NCBI GenBank assembly: GCA_963693365.1
Contig: CAVNZM010000003.1
Span: 1,213,506-1,277,505 of the forward strand
Length of the DNA stretch: 64,000 nt
Direction: 5' to 3'
Source of the DNA: Amoebidium appalachense
Lineage: Eukaryota > Protista > Ichthyosporea
Under the pieces are notes generated by a model. That model saw only the letters and a program-made list of their open reading frames with translations, did no database searches and was not told where the DNA came from. The number at the start of each line of letters is the position of its first letter. Positions within the stretch are counted from its first letter, which is position 1. Below are positions 56,899 to 64,000 of this stretch, one piece after another. A program made the translations under genes and the position numbers.

Positions 56899-57217
56899 GT
56901 GCGAGCGAGCGAGTCTGTGAGAGAGTGAGTCAGTCGAGAAAATGAGTGAGTGAGTGAGTGGTGCCCAACCATGCATGCTTTTGCGTGCGCGTGTGTATAT
57001 TGGGTCCCCAGCGGGCAGGGGGAGGCGGGAAAAGGGGAGGGGAGAGGAGGGGGAGAGATCGGGGGGGGGGGGGAGGGGGGGGGGGGGGGGGGGGAGGGAC
57101 GGGGGGAGCTGCCCCCAATGTCACGGTTTGTAAGTGATTTTACAAAAACTTACAATGCATCAAATTTTCTTTGTCGCAACCTACAAAGCGCCCAAAACAG
57201 AGAAAAGGGTTGGGTTG

Positions 57218-57286
<69 letters not shown>

Positions 57287-57426
57287 TGTGTGTGTGTGTT
57301 TTGGGGGTGGGGGGAGGGGGATAAATAATAGAAAAGAGTGCATGGTTGTGTGTGTGTGCTCGTGGTGGTGGTGGGTGGGAAGGGGAAGAGGGGGGGGGGG
57401 GGGAGGGAGTCCATGGGTGGTGGGTT

Positions 57427-57474
<48 letters not shown>

Positions 57475-57682
57475 GGTGGGTGGGGGGAGGGGGGGGGGGG
57501 AGGGGGGAGGATAAGGTGATAGTAAATTCTTGCAAGGGTTAAGAACGCGGGGTGTGTGGGTGGGTTGACGGGCAGGCCGGGGCGGACAAACCTGCACGGA
57601 CACCTCTGAGGACGCTGGAACCTGAACCCGCACAGATGCCTACGGTCTGGATCTGTGTGCATGCATGTGTGTATGTGTGTGT

Positions 57683-57719
<37 letters not shown>

Positions 57720-57783
57720 CGTGTGTGTGTGTGTGCGTGCGTGTATGTGTGTGTGTGTGTGTGTGTATGTATGTGTGTGTTGT

Positions 57784-57814
<31 letters not shown>

Positions 57815-58117
57815 GGGGGGCATGTACATTGCGCACGAGAGAGAGGGAGGGAGAGAGAGAGAGGGGGGGGAGGGAGGGAGAGAGGGAGGGAGGGAGGGAG
57901 GGAGGGAGGGAGAAAGAGAGATAAAGAAGAGAGAGAGTGTGTGTGGAGGCGAGGGGGAGTCTTGGGGGGGGGGGTGTCTGGGGGGGGGGGGGATGGTTAG
58001 GATGCCTTGCAATACGAAGGACACATTCGTGACGGACAACACAAAGCATGTCATGCAGTGATGTTATGCCAAAAGAACATCCATGATAAGCAGCGCCCGT
58101 TATCACGGTGTGTTTCA

Positions 58118-58185
<68 letters not shown>

Positions 58186-58271
58186 GGGGGGGGGAAAGGG
58201 GGGGGGGGGGGGGGGGGGGGGTGTCAAAATTCTCGCTGACCAAAGTGGAGGGGGAGTAGTTGAAGGGATTG

Positions 58272-58317
<46 letters not shown>

Positions 58318-58323
58318 TGTATG

Positions 58324-58410
<87 letters not shown>

Positions 58411-60118
58411 TTTGGGGGGGGGGGGGGGGGGGGGGCACACCTTCACATCTGCCTTTGACGGCATGGCCAAACGAACATTCGGCAGGTTCAAATGCTTTTT
58501 TACCCTCCTCACAAACTCCTCGACACTGATTGGCTCTTTGAGCTTCACCAGCCGGCCGGTCCCCGTGTTGGCCAATGGCTGGGCGAGAAGTTCTTGGATC
58601 TGCCATGAGGCGCCCCTATAGGAGAGGAGGGTAGATATAAGTTTATAAGTAAATGAAGGTAAAGTAAAAAGTAAAGTAAGTAAAGTAAAAAATATAAGTA
58701 AATGAAAGTATGAAAGGGTGGTTGTGTGAGGCTACGTCAACAGCAGATAAAAAAAAGGAAAACGGCGGAGGTGATGGGGAGCGTGGGAGGGGGGAGGGGA
58801 AAGAGAGAAAGAGAGAGAGAGGGGGGGGGGGGGGGGGGGGGGGAGGCGGGGAGGGGGGGGGGGGGGAGGGGGCAGTGAGGGAGAGGGAGGGTGAGCGAGA
58901 GGGAGAGAGAGGGAGAAAGAGAGAGAGGCGTGGGTGCATGTGTGTGTGCGCGCGCCTGCGCACGTGTGAGTGTACGCGCACTCACGCGTGTGCGCGCACG
59001 TGTGCCTATTTAAGGTCTATGCCGGGGTTTCTCGATTATGACGTAGTCATGACGTAATCTATAATAAACGTGATGTCATTGATGATGTCATGAATTTAAG
59101 AATGACGTCACCGGATTACGTACATGGTGGCTCACGGGCAGCCGAAGCCGATAAAACTGAGCGCACTGATCGGTAATCGCCATATATGAAATGTTCGCTT
59201 AAGGAAAGTCCGGACATGGATAAAAAATTACGTCATAATCGAGAAACCACGACATAGTCGTTAATGGGAGGGTGTGTGTGTGTGGTTACTACTCACTTAG
59301 CTGCGGCCGTCAGGGAAGAGAAAACATCTGCCAGAGCCCCATCTCCACAATTGACTCTCACCAGGGTTTTGCCCCCCTCCCTGTGAACCAATCAGCATTT
59401 AGTGCTTACGTAAGCAAGCAAATACAGGTAAATGCATGGCAACGAGCCAAACCGGTCAAAAAAATGAAAACCAATAATAAATCAAGTGCTGAAATGAAGC
59501 AAATCTGTATTGGAAAAAACCAAAATAGGAACTATAGTCGATTTGAAGGAAGGAGATACATTCGTTGACAAAGAAAACAGATAGTTTTTTCCAAAAAATA
59601 TATATACCGATCCCACAAAGGATGCATACCAATCTGTAAACGATATGTCTGTGCAAGGGGCGTATCTAACAGTTTACAAAGGACATATATACCAACTTAT
59701 AGGGAATTTGTCTGGAAATGCACAAAGGATATATGTACCAACCTACATTGGATATATCTACGAACATTCAAAGGATACATCTACCGTTTGCAGAGAAAAT
59801 CTACTACCAATATGCGAAGGGGTATATCTAGCTACCCACAAAAGAGATGGTGGGACTTATCCAGTATATCTACGTATGACGGATATAATCTCGAAAATAT
59901 AGATAAGAAATATAGAGATCGTGGGGCTTGTCCTACATAACTACTTAGAAGGGATATAATCTCCATTCAAATTCTGGATAACTTACAGTGGTACAGTCTC
60001 TGCAAGTTTGGCAATCGGGTGCAGCGAATTTTCAATGGCCGAGATATCCGACTGGCTGACAGATGCCGTGAGCTGACGGGTATGTGATTGCTTTTGGAGA
60101 TATGTAGACAGAGGCTGG

Positions 60119-60157
<39 letters not shown>

Positions 60158-61162
60158 GGGGTGTGAGTGCATGCTCACCTGGTTCATGCAGCATTTGTGT
60201 CAATTGGTAGGATCTAATAATTATCAATGGTCAACCAACCCCCGTCCATCAACTAACCAGACTATACTAAGTATATAAAATTATATGTGAATTTGGATAT
60301 GCAAAGCTATAAGAGATAATGCATGTGCAAGAGGAAACCCGCCACCAGGTGCATAGGACATATTGCCGTTTTCATAAGATATCCGCAGGATACTCCAAAG
60401 GTATGTGTACACACACCGTACATGGGGGGGGGGGGTTTTTGGGGGGGGGGGGGGGTTTTGAATGCGGAACACGGTACAAAGTACGCATACACGACGAGAA
60501 GCATGGTGCAGGACACATGCAAAGGCAAACATTCAAGTATGCAACATCAGCCATGTGCACAGTATGCGTTATAAGCAGAGCCCATCCTCAGGGAGGGGGG
60601 GGGGGGGGGAATAAAAAACATGGAGCGTTTGCACCCCGAAACTTCAGACACACATCTACAAAGACAGTATCGCCCCAATCAGGGAATATATGCAAAAGGG
60701 GTCATTAGCCACCTTTCTGTTAAGAAACATTAACAAGAGACAAGAAGGAGAATCACATACATGACTTCCGAGAGCGGGGAGGGGAGGGGAGAGGGACGGG
60801 GGGGGAGGTAGAGCAAAAGGCGGGGATAGGGAGGGGTTGTAAAGCAAAAAAGGAGGGAGGGAGGGAGGGGATGGGGGGGGGGGGGGGGGGGGGGGGATGA
60901 ATCAGAAATACAAAGAAGAAACACATAACACTGCAGGTACACACAAATATATCTCACAGATATTAATTACTAGGATATACCTGAAATTTCTTCTTGTGGC
61001 CCCACAGCCCCTGCAAGCCAGTCATTTACCCCCCCACACAATGCATCGTATGCAGTGTGCGGGGAGTAAACTGCAATTTTTTCTTCGATTGCTCGAATCA
61101 CAATACGTTGCTTCTCAGGCCCTTGGGTGAGCCGTTTGAGGGCTGAAAAGATGGGTGGCTGT

Positions 61163-61249
<87 letters not shown>

Positions 61250-61433
61250 CGCGCACGAAGGAGAGTGGGGAGTCCGAGAGGGGGGGGGGGGGGGGGGGGA
61301 GGGGGAAGAAGAGGGTTTGGAGACGGGTGTGTGTGTGTGTGTGCGTGCGGGTGCGGGTGCGGGTGCGTGTGCGTGTGCGTGTGCGTGTGCGTGTGCGTGT
61401 GCGTGTGCGTGTGCGTGTGCGTGTGCGTGTGCG

Positions 61434-61499
<66 letters not shown>

Positions 61500-61708
61500 G
61501 GGGGGGGGGGGGGGGGGGGGTTCTATGTGTGTATGCGTGTGCATGTGCGTATGCATGTGTGTATGTGTGTGTGTGTGTGAGCAGGAAAGGGTTGGAGGTG
61601 GGGGAGAGGGGTGGGGGGGAGAGGGGGGAGATGGATGTCAGGTTTAAGCCATCGTTCTTATCAACAGTCACTCGGGTTTGTATCGTGTATCTCTGTGGGG
61701 TGGTGGGA

Positions 61709-61750
<42 letters not shown>

Positions 61751-62602
61751 TGTATGCGTTAGAGGGTTGGAAATATGAAGTAGACAACATAGAGCAACAA
61801 CAAGACGCCACAAACGTGGGAAATCCAAAATCAAACAATTAAGCGTGCAGGCAGAAGACACTTGAACAGAGCCCATCAGGGGGGGGAGGGAGGGAGAGGG
61901 GGTTACCACTGGGTTTTTATGGGTTGAAGGAATATGGAATGGTTAGGACGCATGGAGTCTTAGGTGGGGTGGTGGTGGTGGTGGTGGTGGGGCGGGGTGG
62001 GGGGAGGGGTGGGGGGGGGAAGGGGGGGGGGGGGGGGGGGGGGGGGGGGGAGCTCGAGGAATTTGGCAGGGGTGTCGATTGTCACACAACATGAGTCGAT
62101 GCATTCAAGGGCATGCATATTGGGTGTTGAAAAGAACGAGAAAAGCCACCTTTGAGCTTTGAGGGGAGATGTTATAGAGGTGAGATGCGGAGGGAGCCCA
62201 TCGGTCAGTTGGGTGTGTGAGTGTTTGCTTGTGCCGAAAAGGAGGGGGGGAAAGGGGGGGGAGGGTGGGCAGGCGATGAGCGAAAATTCGTGGGAGACGG
62301 AGGGGATCTCTGAGGGTTGCAAAGGGGGATGGGGAACAGGATGGGGGCGGAAGGGTGGGGAGGGGGAGAGGAGGAGGGGACGAAGGGTGAGGGGGGGAGG
62401 GGGGAGGGAAGGGGTGGTGGTTAGGGGCCAACAGAGGGAGAGGGGGGAAGGGGGGGGGGGGGGGGGGGGGGGAGGGAGGCGGGAGCGAGGGGGGAGGAGG
62501 GAGATGGTGGTGGTGGGGAGGGGGGGTGACCTACATGATATGAGAGAATAAAGTTTGCCTTCATTGCTATTGCTTCATCTAGAACCCTCTCTGTCAGATC
62601 GA
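56514..62602 (-). CDS. NIF3L1: NIF3-like protein (NGG1-interacting factor 3 / DUF34 metal-binding family); 5' exon(s) not found in the window
   Basis: Exons (minus) 62602-62535, 61158-60981, 60119-59987, 59380-59297, 58615-58441, 57652-57592, 56716-56514, all GT-AG and phase-consistent. Motifs DLTE.VLDEA, YH|[59 protein letters not shown]. Confidence 0.93.
59014..59260. mobile_element. 247-bp MITE with ~33-bp TIRs and TTAA target-site duplication (Kolobok/piggyBac-type target), inside a NIF3 intron
   Basis: TTAA at 59010-59013 and 59261-59264. Left end GGTCTATGCCGGGGTTTCTCGATTATGACGTA; right end reverse complement CGACTATGTCGTGGTTTCTCGATTATGACGTA. Confidence 0.85.
60455..60592 (-). repeat. 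Diverged module of the poly-C-bounded repeat family
   Basis: Reverse strand reads CCCTGAGGATGGGCTCTGCTTATAACGCATACT...GCATTCAAAACCCC. Confidence 0.75.
61750..61880 (-). repeat. Diverged module of the poly-C-bounded repeat family
   Basis: Reverse strand reads CCTGATGGGCTCTGTTCAAGTG...CATATTTCCAACCCTCTAACGCATACATCCCC. Confidence 0.75.
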
Positions 62603-63668
62603 CTGCAGAAGAAAACTTCAATCAATTGCTTATTGAAAAGTTTATTGGTTCCCCAAAATTGTACTCAGCCGCACCCCCCTCCATCCCCCCCCCCCCCACC
62701 CCCCCCACCCCCCACCCTCTCCCCCATACACACACACACATACAGACCCCCTCCCCCCCCCCCCCCCCCCTCCTTCTACCCATCCTTTCCTTTCCATCCA
62801 AAACTAGACACGCACACGAACATAAACACACACACGTGCCCACACGCACACCATTCTGTTCCACCTGTTTCACTCCCCTCCCCTCCCCCCCCCTCCCCCC
62901 CCCCCCCCCCCCCTCCCCCTCCCCCCCTCTCTTGGCCAGCCACCACCACCATCCACGCCACACCCTCTTTCGTTGCTGTCACGATTTCTCTGTCCGTCTG
63001 CCAGTCTCCCCCCCCCCCCTCTCCCCCCCCCCCCCCCCCCCCACCCGCCCCGTCCCCCTCCCCCTCCATCCGATCCCGCTCTTCTCCCTTGCATGCTTCC
63101 GAATCCTCGGGTATATCAATGAGTTCGAAAGCCAAAAAAAGCTGTCGCGAAGTGTGTTGGTGGTGGTGTGTGTGCGTGTGTGTGTGTGTGGGGGGGGGGG
63201 GGGGATATAAAATACCTAGCACTACATGGTGAAGGAGGGGGGGGAGGGGGGGGGGAGGGTAGGGGGGGGGGGGGGGGGGGGGGGGCGGAGTGTGACAATG
63301 GGGGAAGTGGTGTTGTTAAAAGAGCGAGACGGGGTTGATTCTAGCATGAGAAGATAGGAAATCACAAAAGATGAGACGAACAGCACAGCCGGATAGAAAG
63401 CGAATGGGGAACTTTGACAAGAAAGAAGAGAAAGAGGGCAGAAAAGTGTGTGCCAGAAGTAGGAAGAGTCACACTGAATAAGGGGAAGGGGCGGGGGGGG
63501 GGGGGGGGAGGGGGGGACACCGAGGGGAGAGAGGGGGGAGGGGGGGAGAGGGGAGGGGGGGGAGAAAGAGGGGGGCAGGGGGCAGGGGCAGGGGTGTAAA
63601 GCAGGGGTGGATGGGGGAGAGAGGACCTGGCTCAGCAAGAGAGAAAGATAGAGGGGGGGAAGGGGAGG

Positions 63669-63710
<42 letters not shown>

Positions 63711-63950
63711 GTGTGTGTGTGTGCGTGCGTGTGTGTGTGTGTGTGTGGGAAGGAGGGGAGGAGGGGGAGAGAGGGCAAGGGGGGGATGGGGGGGGGGGGG
63801 AGGCGGAGAGAGAGTTGGGGGAGGGGAGAGAGAGAGCGAGGGTGGGGGGAGGAAGGAGGGAGTGAGAAAGAGATATAGTATGAGGAAAAGAGAGAACAGG
63901 GAAGGAGGAAGAGGGGGGGGGGGGGGAGGGCGCAAGAGCAAGAGAGAGAG

Positions 63951-63981
<31 letters not shown>

Positions 63982-64000
63982 AGGGGGGAGAGAGACGGGG

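Noticed and set aside
59200-59220. RNase P/MRP-like motif GGAAAGTCCGG
   Set aside because: It lies inside a TIR-bounded MITE and no other conserved RNase P regions are visible.
63040-63480. Candidate 5' exons of the NIF3-like gene
   Set aside because: No WDNVGLL-type motif or phase-compatible donor was found; the first exons probably lie beyond the window.

Overview
Eukaryotic genomic DNA, probably from a unicellular opisthokont (inference), in which introns and intergenic DNA are saturated with poly-G/poly-C runs and (CA)n/(GT)n/(GA)n microsatellites. Most ORFs in the supplied track are artefacts of these repeats. By manual splicing with phase checks I reconstruct five genes: a 13-coding-exon CLIP-170-like gene (5021-23484, +, ~2048 aa) carrying an intronic tRNA-Ser(AGA); a GT14/core-2-branching-type glycosyltransferase (26710-32526, +); a two-exon Ser/Thr kinase (37391-39929, +); an intronless ZIP metal transporter (51383-52516, +); and a NIF3-like gene (56514-62602, -, 5' exons not found). 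Mobile DNA includes an apparently intact two-ORF non-LTR retrotransposon, a 5'-truncated RNase H-bearing LINE plus 3' remnants, two MITE-like elements, and a poly-C-bounded dispersed repeat whose intronic copies are all in sense orientation. The most notable observations are: about half of the acceptors are preceded by (CA)n instead of a pyrimidine tract, some with distant branch points; the LINE 3' terminus is complementary to the start of its own ORF2; the kinase has an ATF4-like two-uORF leader and a WG-rich tail; and duplications are punctuated by poly-G runs.
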